In this document: in pieces, positions 52,496-61,852 of the stretch | Numbering within the stretch: position 1 is the stretch's first letter | Layout of the letters: each line of letters opens with the position of its first letter | Origin: Candidatus Pelagibacterales bacterium | GTDB lineage: Bacteria; Pseudomonadota; Alphaproteobacteria; Pelagibacterales; Pelagibacteraceae | DNA length: 64,000 nt | Direction of reading: 5' to 3' | Assembly (NCBI GenBank): GCA_004213215.1 | Contig: SHAO01000001.1 | Location: 687-64,686 of the forward strand | Notes under the pieces: model-generated | Seen by the model: only the letters and a program-made list of their open reading frames with translations | Told to the model about the DNA's origin: nothing | The model's database searches: none | Program-made: the position numbers and the translations under genes

Positions 52496-53131
52496 TTATT
52501 TTTTTTTAAGTTTATTAATTTCTATTACCATCGAATCACTATTAGTAATACTCACTCTCTGCTTATACTCAATATCCCAATTTTTAGAAACTTGAAGTAA
52601 CTCAGTTTTTCCACTTTTTCCTAGAAAAAGAAAAATTTTTTTCGAATTTTCTGCCTTATTGTGTATAAGTTCCAGAATTTTTTTAATTGGTTTGAAAGCT
52701 CTGGCTACAAAAACATCTTCTAATAATTCTTTTGGTTCTTGCAAAATATTTAGATTTAATATTTCAATATCAAGATTAAGCTCTTTGACTAAACTTCTTA
52801 AAAATTTTACTTTCTTAGGGCTTTTTTCAATTAATTTTATTTTTACAGGAATTTTTCTTTCTTTAAGAATAATTGATAACACCACTCCTGGAAATCCCGC
52901 CCCAGAACCTAGGTCTACCAACGCTTTGTCATTTTTATCAATAAAATCAATGACTTGTGTACTATCCAGAAAATGTCTTATCCATATGTTTTTAACCGTT
53001 GAATTTCCAATAAGATTTAGATTTTTATTTTTATTTATCAATATCTCTTCATATTTCTTTAAACTTGTGATTGTTTCACGTGAAACTTGAATGAAACTAC
53101 AAAATGTGTTTATTTGACTAATTTTGTCCAC
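52496..53131 (-). CDS. rsmG: 16S rRNA (guanine527-N7)-methyltransferase RsmG (GidB)
   Basis: VSRET N-terminal motif and the SAM motif DLGSGAGFPG. Confidence 0.9.
   Translation of the reverse strand: MDKISQINTFCSFIQVSRETITSLKKYEEILINKNKNLNLIGNSTVKNIWIRHFLDSTQVIDFIDKNDKALVDLGSGAGFPGVVLSIILKERKIPVKIKLIEKSPKKVKFLRSLVKELNLDIEILNLNILQEPKELLEDVFVARAFKPIKKILELIHNKAENSKKIFLFLGKSGKTELLQVSKNWDIEYKQRVSITNSDSMVIEINKLKKK
53072..53087. other. parS-like centromere site TGTTTCACGTGAAACT inside the rsmG coding sequence
   Basis: Matches 15 of 16 positions of the canonical parS palindrome TGTTTCACGTGAAACA. It encodes the VSRET residues of RsmG. A degenerate copy, TTTTTCACGTGAGATA (13/16), lies at 53160-53175 in the mnmG 3' end. 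Confidence 0.6.
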
Positions 53132-55006
53132 TTATACACTTTTAGCATTTTTTGATCTCTTTTTCACGTGAGATAATAAAATATAAGCAGCTGCAGGTGT
53201 TATTCCGTCAATTCTAAGTGCCTGACCAAGGGTTTTAGGCCTTATAAGCTTAAATTTGCTTTTTACCTCGTTAGAAAGGCCGCTTAAACTGGCATAATTG
53301 ATATCTTTTGGAATTATTAAATTTTCGTCCTTCCTAAAAGCAAGTATATCAGCCTCCTGCTTTTCTAAATAACCCGAATAATGAGCGCTAATTTCAATTT
53401 GCTCTTCTTCGTTACTAGATGCTTTAGGTATTTCATTCCAAATTGATCTTAGTTTTTTAAATGTCACTCCACTTCTAGACAAAACATCAAAAGCAGACCT
53501 TTTAATTCCATCTTTTGCAATTTTAATATTGAATTTTTCTGCATCATTAGGTGATATTTTAAGACTTTTTAAGCAATTACTTAACTGATTGATTTTATTA
53601 ACTTTTTCTGTAAACACTTGAGCTCTACCTGCTTGAACAAGTCCAATATCAATTCCTATCTGAGTTAATCTTGAATCTGCATTATCTGCTCTTAAACTTA
53701 ATCTATATTCAGCTCGAGATGTAAACATGCGATATGGTTCAGCAACACCTTTTGTAACTAAATCGTCAATCATAACGCCAATATAAGCTTGAGCACGATC
53801 TAAAACTAAAGGCTCTTGTTTTTTAATTGCTAACGCAGCATTAATACCAGCCATTAGACCTTGGGCAGCCGCTTCCTCATAACCTGTGGTACCATTAATT
53901 TGCCCCGCAAGATAAAGTGATTTAATTTTTTTTGTTTCTAAAGTAGAATTAAGCTCTCTAGGATCGACGTAATCATACTCAATTGCATACCCAGGTCTTA
54001 TTATACGAACTCGTTCTAAGCCATTGATTTTACTCAATATTTCAGCCTGTACTTCAGCTGGTAAAGATGTAGAAATACCATTCGGATAAACAGTATTATC
54101 ATTTAAACCTTCAGGCTCCAAAAAAATTTGATGTCTCGTCTTATCAGAAAATTTTACGATCTTGTCTTCGATAGAGGGGCAGTATCTTGGGCCAACCCCT
54201 TTGATGCTTCCTGAATACATTGCACTTTTTTTTAAATTTTTTTTAATAATTTCATGAACCTTTTTATTTGTATATGTCACGCTGCATGCAATCTGCTTGT
54301 TATAAGTTTTGTTTGTTAAAAAAGAAAAAAATTCTGGATCGGCATCAGCATTCTGTTTTTCTAAATTCTCATAATTAATTGTAGAGCCATCTAAACGGGG
54401 TGGGGTTCCTGTTTTTAATCTACCTAATTTTATTCTAAATTTTTCTAACTGCTCACTTAGTCCCGTAGAAGGTTTTTCATTATGTCTACCTGCTGGGGTT
54501 CTTTCATCACCAATGTGAATTAAACCATTTAAAAAAGTTCCTGTTGTTAAAATCATTTTTTTGCATTTTATTTTTCTTCCAGACTTTGTATTAAAGCCAA
54601 CCACCTGATTTTTCTCGAAAATAAACTCTATAACTGGGTCTGAAAAAACCTTTAAATTACAATAGCTTAGGAGCATTTCTTGCATATATTTCTTATATAA
54701 TGCTCGATCTGACTGAGTTCTTGGCCCTCTTACTGCTGGTCCTCTACTTCTATTTAGCAATCTAAACTGGATTCCTGACTTGTCAGTTATCACACCCATC
54801 ACTCCGTCTAAAGCATCGATCTCTTTGACAAGATGACCTTTGCCCAAACCTCCAATCGCAGGGTTACACGACATCTCTCCTATCGTTTCAATTTTATGAG
54901 TGAATAAACCGGTGTTCACACCCATTCGAGCAGAAGCAGCAGCAGCTTCACATCCAGCATGCCCACCTCCTATAACAACAACATCAAACTTCAAATCCTT
55001 GTACAT
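53132..55006 (-). CDS. mnmG: tRNA uridine 5-carboxymethylaminomethyl modification enzyme MnmG (GidA)
   Basis: FAD motif [12 protein letters not shown] and 624 aa. Confidence 0.96.
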   Translation of the reverse strand: MYKDLKFDVVVIGGGHAGCEAAAASARMGVNTGLFTHKIETIGEMSCNPAIGGLGKGHLVKEIDALDGVMGVITDKSGIQFRLLNRSRGPAVRGPRTQSDRALYKKYMQEMLLSYCNLKVFSDPVIEFIFEKNQVVGFNTKSGRKIKCKKMILTTGTFLNGLIHIGDERTPAGRHNEKPSTGLSEQLEKFRIKLGRLKTGTPPRLDGSTINYENLEKQNADADPEFFSFLTNKTYNKQIACSVTYTNKKVHEIIKKNLKKSAMYSGSIKGVGPRYCPSIEDKIVKFSDKTRHQIFLEPEGLNDNTVYPNGISTSLPAEVQAEILSKINGLERVRIIRPGYAIEYDYVDPRELNSTLETKKIKSLYLAGQINGTTGYEEAAAQGLMAGINAALAIKKQEPLVLDRAQAYIGVMIDDLVTKGVAEPYRMFTSRAEYRLSLRADNADSRLTQIGIDIGLVQAGRAQVFTEKVNKINQLSNCLKSLKISPNDAEKFNIKIAKDGIKRSAFDVLSRSGVTFKKLRSIWNEIPKASSNEEEQIEISAHYSGYLEKQEADILAFRKDENLIIPKDINYASLSGLSNEVKSKFKLIRPKTLGQALRIDGITPAAAYILLSHVKKRSKNAKSV

Positions 55007-55105
55007 AAAATTAACTTACAGATGATAGTTTATTTTACAAGATAAGAGATTGATACTTTGTTTAAAAGTGTTGATTTTATTGAACTTTTTGCTGTTTTTT
55101 TTTAA

Positions 55106-56437
55106 CTACTTACCTATGCAGAAATCATTAAAAATTGAGCCTAATAACTCCTCTACATCTACTTTTCCAACGATCATTCCGAGGTGTCGTGTAGCTAATC
55201 TTAAATCTTCAGCAGCTCTATCGAAATCATTAACCAATTTTTTCTTTTGAAATTTTTCTAAATGATGCATGCAATTAATTAAATTTTGTCTATGTCTTTC
55301 TCGAGTTATTAAAATATCTTCAGTAGTTGTAAATTTGTTTTTTAATTTACTTTTTATTTTTGAAATTAGTTTATTTAAATTTAAATCTTTTTTAATAGAA
55401 ATTAAAACATGCTCATATTTTTTAAATTTACTATTTGACTTGCCTGTTACTAAATCTGATTTATTTAACACTAAAATAGCATTTTTCGTTAATAAGTTCC
55501 TCAAAACACTAGAAAAATCAACCTTTTTAGCTGAAACTATAATTAGTCTTAAATCAGCATCTTCTGCACGTTTTAAAGCTATTTTTATTCCTTTTTTCTC
55601 TATTTCATTTTTTGAACTTCTTATTCCTGCTGTATCTGAAACAATTACTGGATATCCATCAAGATTAAGATGAGTTTCAATTACATCTCTTGTTGTTCCT
55701 GCAATTTCAGAAACTATCGCAGCATCTCTCTTTGAGAGATAATTTAATAAGCTTGATTTTCCTGAGTTGGGTGGTCCGATAATTGCTATTTTAAAACCTT
55801 CTCTTATTCTTTCGCCAACCTTTTGATCATTTAAAGTTTTTTTAATTTCATGTAGAACACCGTTTGATATTTTTTGTATTCCTTTAATAATATTTTTAGG
55901 CAAATCTTCATCGGGGAAATCAATCTTTGCTTCGACGTGAGATAAAATTTTTAAAAGTTTCTCTCTCCACGAATTAAATTTATCTGATGATTTTCCACTC
56001 ATAACTTTAAGAGCTTGTTTTCTCTGAATTTCCGTTTCTGCTGAAATTAAATCAGAAATGCTTTCAGCTTTTAATAAATTTATTCTTCCGTTTTGAAATG
56101 CACGTTTAGTGAACTCTCCTGGCTCTGCTAAACGACAATTTTTTACTTTTGATATTGCTAAATGCATTGCATTTATTACTGCCCTGCTACCGTGGACATG
56201 GAATTCTGCTAAATCCTCACCTGTGTAGCTATTTGGGGCGGGAAACCATATAATTACTCCCTCGTCAATCAGATCTTTTCCCCCATTTTTATTGAACTTT
56301 TTAAGGGTAGCCATTCTTGGGCGTGGTAATTTTGATCCTGTCAATTTTTTTATTACTTTTGCTGTGTTTTTTCCTGAAACTCTAATTACAGCTATCCCTG
56401 ATATACCGGGACCAGATGATAAAGCATATATAGTCAT
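55106..56437 (-). CDS. mnmE: tRNA modification GTPase MnmE (TrmE)
   Basis: GPPNSGKSSLLN and DTAGIR GTPase motifs and a C-terminal CIGK. Confidence 0.95.
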   Translation of the reverse strand: MTIYALSSGPGISGIAVIRVSGKNTAKVIKKLTGSKLPRPRMATLKKFNKNGGKDLIDEGVIIWFPAPNSYTGEDLAEFHVHGSRAVINAMHLAISKVKNCRLAEPGEFTKRAFQNGRINLLKAESISDLISAETEIQRKQALKVMSGKSSDKFNSWREKLLKILSHVEAKIDFPDEDLPKNIIKGIQKISNGVLHEIKKTLNDQKVGERIREGFKIAIIGPPNSGKSSLLNYLSKRDAAIVSEIAGTTRDVIETHLNLDGYPVIVSDTAGIRSSKNEIEKKGIKIALKRAEDADLRLIIVSAKKVDFSSVLRNLLTKNAILVLNKSDLVTGKSNSKFKKYEHVLISIKKDLNLNKLISKIKSKLKNKFTTTEDILITRERHRQNLINCMHHLEKFQKKKLVNDFDRAAEDLRLATRHLGMIVGKVDVEELLGSIFNDFCIGK

Positions 56438-56439
56438 TA

Positions 56440-58110
56440 TTAATTAAACCAAGAATATTTATCTCCATATTTATTTAATAATTTTCTATAGGGCAAATAT
56501 CTATCTAGTGAATGTTTTTGAATCGCGCTTCTAATTTGCAAATTGCTAGTAGTTTTTGAAATTAAATCTTTTCTTTTATAGAATTCTAGACACTTCTTAT
56601 CCCATGGCAATCCACAAAATTCCATTAGTTTTTTGGATTCATTTTCAGGTTCAAGACATAATTTTTCTAAACTCAAATCATATATAAGATTAGGAAAAAT
56701 CTTATTATTGTTTTTAACAAACTTATAATAAATATCAAAATATTTAAAAATATGATCCAAATCATGAGCCCACGGTACATTTGGTAAATTATTTTTTAAA
56801 ATCGACATAATGGAAGCAAGCGGTTCTCTTTTACAATTGATAATCTTTGAGAGTGGAAATATATCTTTAATCAATCTTATATAAAAAAAATTATCTAAGG
56901 TTTTGTCTGTAAAAATATAATTCGTATTTTGTTTTATAATATTTTTTTCTCGGTATCGTTCAATTAGATCTTTTCTCATATCACTTAACTTGGAATATAT
57001 AGCTTTTTGCTGAATGATTTTTTGTTTTACAAAGCTACTTATTATTCCAGTTTCTTCACCTATAGCTATATGTTGTGAACCTGAAGCAATTATCTTTTCT
57101 ACCAGTGTAGAACCACATCTTGGTACTCCAATTATAAAAATAGGAGCAAAACTATCCTTCTCAATTTCTATATTTTTATTTTTTATATCTGAATTATTTA
57201 ATTCTTTATTTTTGGGCAACATATTTAGCCAATATTCAACATCTTTCCTGTAATGTTCTTTTTCAGACAGTAAATAATAGCTATGTCCCTTTAATAAATA
57301 ATTAAATTCTTTATCATAATTTTTTGATTTCAATTCATATTTAGATAGTAAAAAATTTCCGTAGGATAAATTTTGGTTTCTAGAATTATTTTTCATTTTA
57401 ACTTCATTTATCTTTTTTTTTAAATTTTCGTCTAAACTTTTTTTATCTAAATCACTTAAAGCATAATGATGTGACAAATTTTCATGGTCATATTGTATTG
57501 CTAATTTATAATGCTTAATTGCTTGCTCTTTTTCTCCTAGCATTACATTTAATTTTCCAAGATTTTTATATGCATCTACTGCATTAGGCTTGATCTTGCT
57601 TAATTTTTCATAACAATTTATTGCTTTTTTAATTTCACCTAAGTCTTCTAAAACTAATGCAAGATTGTGATAAGCACTAAAATTACTCGGTTCTAATGAT
57701 ATGGCTTTTTTACAAGCATCTGCGGCCTCTTTTAACTTACCCAATTCTTTTAATGCAGCTCCAAGGTTGCTATACGCAAAAGAATTATTAGATTGGATTG
57801 ATATAGCTTTTTTACAAGCATCCGCAGCCTCATCAGGTTTACCTAATTCTTTTAGTACAGCTCCAAGATTTGCGTAAGCAACATCATAATTAGGCTCAAT
57901 ATGTATTATTTTTTCAAATAGATTTTTTGCTAAACTATAGTTTTTAGTCTGAGCCGACAATGACGCCAAATAAAAAATTGAATTAAAATGGTTGGGATCT
58001 TTCTTTAATACTTTATTATAAAATTTTTCTGCAGATTTAAAATCATTTTTTTTATGGCTTTCCAGCGCTAAGGAAAAGTTTTCTTCAATATTTAATTTTT
58101 TTTTTTCCAT
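56440..58110 (-). CDS. TPR-repeat protein fused to a PAPS-type sulfotransferase domain (ST1)
   Basis: About 6 N-terminal TPR units. The C-terminal domain has the 5'-PSB-like loop IIGVPRCGSTLVEKII, then ...TDKTLDNFFYIRLIKDIFP...INCKREP and a conserved tail KTTSNLQIRSAIQKHS. It ends 2 nt before the mnmE start. Confidence 0.75.
   Translation of the reverse strand: MEKKKLNIEENFSLALESHKKNDFKSAEKFYNKVLKKDPNHFNSIFYLASLSAQTKNYSLAKNLFEKIIHIEPNYDVAYANLGAVLKELGKPDEAADACKKAISIQSNNSFAYSNLGAALKELGKLKEAADACKKAISLEPSNFSAYHNLALVLEDLGEIKKAINCYEKLSKIKPNAVDAYKNLGKLNVMLGEKEQAIKHYKLAIQYDHENLSHHYALSDLDKKSLDENLKKKINEVKMKNNSRNQNLSYGNFLLSKYELKSKNYDKEFNYLLKGHSYYLLSEKEHYRKDVEYWLNMLPKNKELNNSDIKNKNIEIEKDSFAPIFIIGVPRCGSTLVEKIIASGSQHIAIGEETGIISSFVKQKIIQQKAIYSKLSDMRKDLIERYREKNIIKQNTNYIFTDKTLDNFFYIRLIKDIFPLSKIINCKREPLASIMSILKNNLPNVPWAHDLDHIFKYFDIYYKFVKNNNKIFPNLIYDLSLEKLCLEPENESKKLMEFCGLPWDKKCLEFYKRKDLISKTTSNLQIRSAIQKHSLDRYLPYRKLLNKYGDKYSWFN
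57923..57990. repeat. 68-nt segment about 93% identical to 59840-59907 (copy A, in ST1)
   Basis: Hand alignment gives 63/68 identical, including an exact 29-mer GACAATGACGCCAAATAAAAAATTGAATT. It encodes HFNSIFYLASLSAQTKNYS in both proteins. Confidence 0.85.
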
Positions 58111-58122
58111 TTTAAAATTATG

Positions 58123-60027
58123 TTAATGCACTTTCTTTCTTACCCAAAAATTATACATACCGATAAAAGTTTTAGGTTCTAAATTCTCAAATTTATCCCA
58201 ATTTTCTAATAAAATATTTTTTTTATCCTCTGGAAATTGCTTTGAATATTTATTTTTAATTTTTTCATTAGCAAAACCTAAAAATTCTAAATCAAAATCT
58301 TTTATTATTTTAGAAATTTGAGGTAAATTAAACCTATGCTCTTGGACGTGGAATATTAAATCTCTAGCTGATGAAATTGTATAAAAGTCTGTTCTATTAA
58401 TAATTTCTTTCAATATTTTATCTTCTTTTTTGTTTATGATTGATCTTCTACAATCTCTAATACCTTCTGGACTACTGTTAAATTTATTTTTTTTAATAAA
58501 TTCTCTTGCATGAACAATATGTTTTCTTGCTTTTTCACTATATAAACCAAGTTTTATAACACCATGAGGTTCTAATAAATTTAATAAAATTTTTAAACCT
58601 TTTATAGGATCTTTCATATGATGAAGGACTCCGGCGCATTCTATTACATCAAACTTCTTTGTTAATTTATGAAGGCTTAATATATCAGCATGTAGATACT
58701 CTATATTTTTAAAACACAGCTCATCCGTTTTCCTTTTAGCATAAGCTAAGCTTGATAAACTTAGGTCAATTGCAAGAATTTCAGAGTTTAGATAGTCTTT
58801 TGCAATACAAACGTGTCGTCCAGTACCACAACCTGCCACAAGAACTTTTGGTCTCTCAAATTTATTTTTTATTGCAATTTTATTTGGTTTAATTTGATAG
58901 TCTAGTTTTGTTAAAAAGGGTAATTCTACTTGGCTGTAGGTATATCTCCATCTCGGAAACGGATTTTGTTCATATTGTTCCTTAACTTTTAAAGAAACTT
59001 TATCAGAAATTTCATTTAATGATTTAATTGAATTTATTAAATTTTTTTCTTTTGCTGGTTCATTTATTTGCATACTAATTAAGTCATTAAATAAAATATT
59101 TTTTGATTTATAGTTAGCTAATTTTTTTAAAATATTTTTTAAAGAGTGAAGAGGTAAATAAGATCCTAAAATAGCTATTTCCATTTCATTAATCTTTTCT
59201 TTTTTTTCTACTGTTTGAATTAGTTTATTCACTACATCAATTTCTTTTTTAGTTTGAAAGAAAACATACTCATTAAAAAAACACTGCTGTGATAAAGATA
59301 TTACAAATTTTAAATTATTAAATATGGTATTTTCTTTAGAGCTATCTATATTTAATAATATTTCACATCTAATCTTGGTTAATGTTTCTTCTAAAAATAA
59401 ATCTTCAACAATAGATTTTTGCAGAATTAAAAGAAAAAGTTCTTCACTTAGCAAATCTTGAATGATTGAATTTTTCAATAAAGGTATACTTAGGTTTATT
59501 TTATCAAAATATTGATTATATTTTTTTTCTGAAAATAAAACAAATTTTGCAAAATTAAAAATATCAGTATGATTAATATCATTACGTCTAAAAAGTATTA
59601 GAAGTAATGATTTTAAATAAGAATGATCTTTGTTTTTAAGATTCATTTGACGTAAATCTGTAGACCTTAAAAAAACTGCTAGATTGTTTTTAGCATTCGT
59701 ATCATTTGGATTAATTTCTGTTGCATTCTGAAATGAAATCAGCGCGGCGCGGTGGTCACCCAACTGTAATGATATAGCTCCTAAGTTATTATGTGCTGAA
59801 AAATTATTAGGCTGAATTGCAACTGCTTTTTCATATAAATTTTTTGCTTCACTATAGTTTTTAGTTTGAGCTGACAATGACGCCAAATAAAAAATTGAAT
59901 TGAAATGAGAAGAATTTATTTTTAATATTTTTTTATATAATTTTTCAGCTTCTACAAAATTATTTTCTTTATGATTTTTAATAGCTAAACTGAAAATTTT
60001 ATCTACATTAACATCATCTGTGGTCAT
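58123..60027 (-). CDS. TPR-repeat protein fused to a class I SAM-dependent methyltransferase domain (MT)
   Basis: N-terminal TPR units, a ~250-aa middle region with no motif I recognise, a QYEQNPFPRW motif, then motif I VLVAGCGTG with DLSLSSLAYA and ...FDVIECAGVLHH. Confidence 0.75.
   Translation of the reverse strand: MTTDDVNVDKIFSLAIKNHKENNFVEAEKLYKKILKINSSHFNSIFYLASLSAQTKNYSEAKNLYEKAVAIQPNNFSAHNNLGAISLQLGDHRAALISFQNATEINPNDTNAKNNLAVFLRSTDLRQMNLKNKDHSYLKSLLLILFRRNDINHTDIFNFAKFVLFSEKKYNQYFDKINLSIPLLKNSIIQDLLSEELFLLILQKSIVEDLFLEETLTKIRCEILLNIDSSKENTIFNNLKFVISLSQQCFFNEYVFFQTKKEIDVVNKLIQTVEKKEKINEMEIAILGSYLPLHSLKNILKKLANYKSKNILFNDLISMQINEPAKEKNLINSIKSLNEISDKVSLKVKEQYEQNPFPRWRYTYSQVELPFLTKLDYQIKPNKIAIKNKFERPKVLVAGCGTGRHVCIAKDYLNSEILAIDLSLSSLAYAKRKTDELCFKNIEYLHADILSLHKLTKKFDVIECAGVLHHMKDPIKGLKILLNLLEPHGVIKLGLYSEKARKHIVHAREFIKKNKFNSSPEGIRDCRRSIINKKEDKILKEIINRTDFYTISSARDLIFHVQEHRFNLPQISKIIKDFDLEFLGFANEKIKNKYSKQFPEDKKNILLENWDKFENLEPKTFIGMYNFWVRKKVH
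59840..59907. repeat. 68-nt segment about 93% identical to 57923-57990 (copy B, in MT)
   Basis: See copy A. Weaker similarity continues for about 12 nt on the low-coordinate side. Confidence 0.85.
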
Positions 60028-60029
60028 TA

Positions 60030-61796
60030 TTAATTAAACCAAGGGTATTTTTTTCCGTATCTACCCAACATTTTTTTATAGGGTAAATATTTATCTAAAG
60101 AATGTTTATATACAGCTTGTCTGATTTGAAGATTGCTTGTTGTTTTAGAAAACATATCTTTTCTCTTATAAAATTCTAAGCATTTTTTATTCCATGGCAA
60201 TTCACAAAATTGCATTAATTTTTTAGATTCTTCTTCAGGGTTTTTAATTAATTTTTCATATTGTAATTCATATATGAAATTAGGATTTTCCAAATTAAAA
60301 GTCTCTATAGCTTTTAAATAGTTATCAATATATTTAAATATATTATCTAGATCATGCGCCCATGCTAATTCTGTTAGATTATTCTGAAAAATTGACATTA
60401 TCGAGGATGAAATATCTCTTTTACAGTTTATTATTTTAGCATGAGGAAAAATTTCTTTTATTAATTTCAAATAGAAAAAATTATTTAAAGACTTATCAGT
60501 AAAAATATTATCATATTTTTCTAGAAGCAATCCTCTCTTTGAATAAATCTCTGATATTTCATCTCTAATTTTTTCTGCACTACCTAAATTTAGAGACTGT
60601 TTTTTTAATATCTTAGCAGTTACAAACTCTTCTAGAACAGAAGTTTCTTCTCCCATAGCTAAATTTTGTTCACCAGATCCAATTATCTTTTCAACTAAAG
60701 TTGAACCACATCTTGGGACGCCAACTATAAAAATTGGTTTTATTTTTTTTTTGTCTTTTTCAATTAATTTTTCTAATTTAATATCCTCTGCTATTTGAAG
60801 TGTATCTCTAAAGGTATATTTAAGCAGCAACTCGAATCTATTTTTTTGCATCTCAAAAAAACTTGCATGTCCTTTTTTTAAAAAAGTTAACTCTTTTTCA
60901 TAATTTTTAACTTTCTGTTCATACTTTGATAATAAAAAATTTCCATACGTAATGTTAATTTTTGGAGTATTTTTTTTTTCAATAATTTTTTCTACTTTGT
61001 TTTTTAGATCATCATTTAAAATATCCTTTTTTAAATTACTTAAATAAAAATAATTTACTAAATTTTCTGGCTCATACTTTATTGCATTTTCATATGATTG
61101 GATTGCTCCTTCAAAATTTCCTAGATCTTTTAACACCAAGGCTAAATTATTATGAGCATTTACGTAGTTTTTTTTAATCGCAATTGCTTTTTCATAAGAA
61201 CTTATGGCATTTTTAAAGTCATTTATAATTCTAAAAACTAGACCTAGGTTATTATGTGCGCTTACTAAATTATAATTTATTTTAATGGCTTGTTGGTAAT
61301 TGCTTATTGCCTTTTCATACTGTTTCAAATCTGCATAAAGATTGCCCAATACAAAAAAAGGAAGGGCAAAATCTGGCTGTAACTCGGTTGTTTTTTCAAG
61401 GTAAGCTTTAGCTTCTTTTAATTGCCTTGAATCATAACTAATTGCACCAAGATTATAATATGCATTTGCATTATTAGGATTAATTTTTATTGCTTTTTTG
61501 TAATAACTTACAGCATTTTTCATCTCCCCTAATTCTTTACAGACGGTTCCAAGATTATTTAATGCACTCAAATTTTCAGGCTGCGTTTCAATTACCTCAA
61601 CTAAAAGCTTTTTAGTTTTTATAAAATCTTTATTTTTTGCTGATATATTTGCTAAAAGAAGTTTTGATTGGATAAAGTTAGGATCAATACTAAGTATTTT
61701 ATAACATAAGGTTTCGGCTGCCTCAAAACTTCCTTTTTTATAATTATCATAGGCAGTATTATAAGTATCCTTTAATGTTGTAGTATTTTTTTCCAT
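60030..61796 (-). CDS. TPR-repeat protein fused to a PAPS-type sulfotransferase domain (ST2), paralog of ST1
   Basis: About 8 TPR units. The sulfotransferase loop IVGVPRCGSTLVEKII and the tail KTTSNLQIRQAVYKHS closely parallel ST1. It ends 2 nt before the MT start. Confidence 0.75.
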   Translation of the reverse strand: MEKNTTTLKDTYNTAYDNYKKGSFEAAETLCYKILSIDPNFIQSKLLLANISAKNKDFIKTKKLLVEVIETQPENLSALNNLGTVCKELGEMKNAVSYYKKAIKINPNNANAYYNLGAISYDSRQLKEAKAYLEKTTELQPDFALPFFVLGNLYADLKQYEKAISNYQQAIKINYNLVSAHNNLGLVFRIINDFKNAISSYEKAIAIKKNYVNAHNNLALVLKDLGNFEGAIQSYENAIKYEPENLVNYFYLSNLKKDILNDDLKNKVEKIIEKKNTPKINITYGNFLLSKYEQKVKNYEKELTFLKKGHASFFEMQKNRFELLLKYTFRDTLQIAEDIKLEKLIEKDKKKIKPIFIVGVPRCGSTLVEKIIGSGEQNLAMGEETSVLEEFVTAKILKKQSLNLGSAEKIRDEISEIYSKRGLLLEKYDNIFTDKSLNNFFYLKLIKEIFPHAKIINCKRDISSSIMSIFQNNLTELAWAHDLDNIFKYIDNYLKAIETFNLENPNFIYELQYEKLIKNPEEESKKLMQFCELPWNKKCLEFYKRKDMFSKTTSNLQIRQAVYKHSLDKYLPYKKMLGRYGKKYPWFN

Positions 61797-61852
61797 TATA
61801 ATATTATTTAATATATTTAATTTTTTCTATTTTTGATATCTTTATATAAGAA

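Noticed and set aside
55007-55105. Possible replication origin or DnaA-box cluster in the mnmE-mnmG spacer, or elsewhere near parAB/rho/hemJ.
   Set aside because: I found no TTATCCACA/TGTGGATAA-type boxes with 1 mismatch or fewer in the spacers. The best were TTATCCAGG at 17396 and TGTGGTATT at 46000, each isolated. In Alphaproteobacteria the origin usually lies beyond hemJ/hemE, which is outside this window. TTAA-N7-TTAA (CtrA-like) matches are uninformative in DNA this AT-rich.
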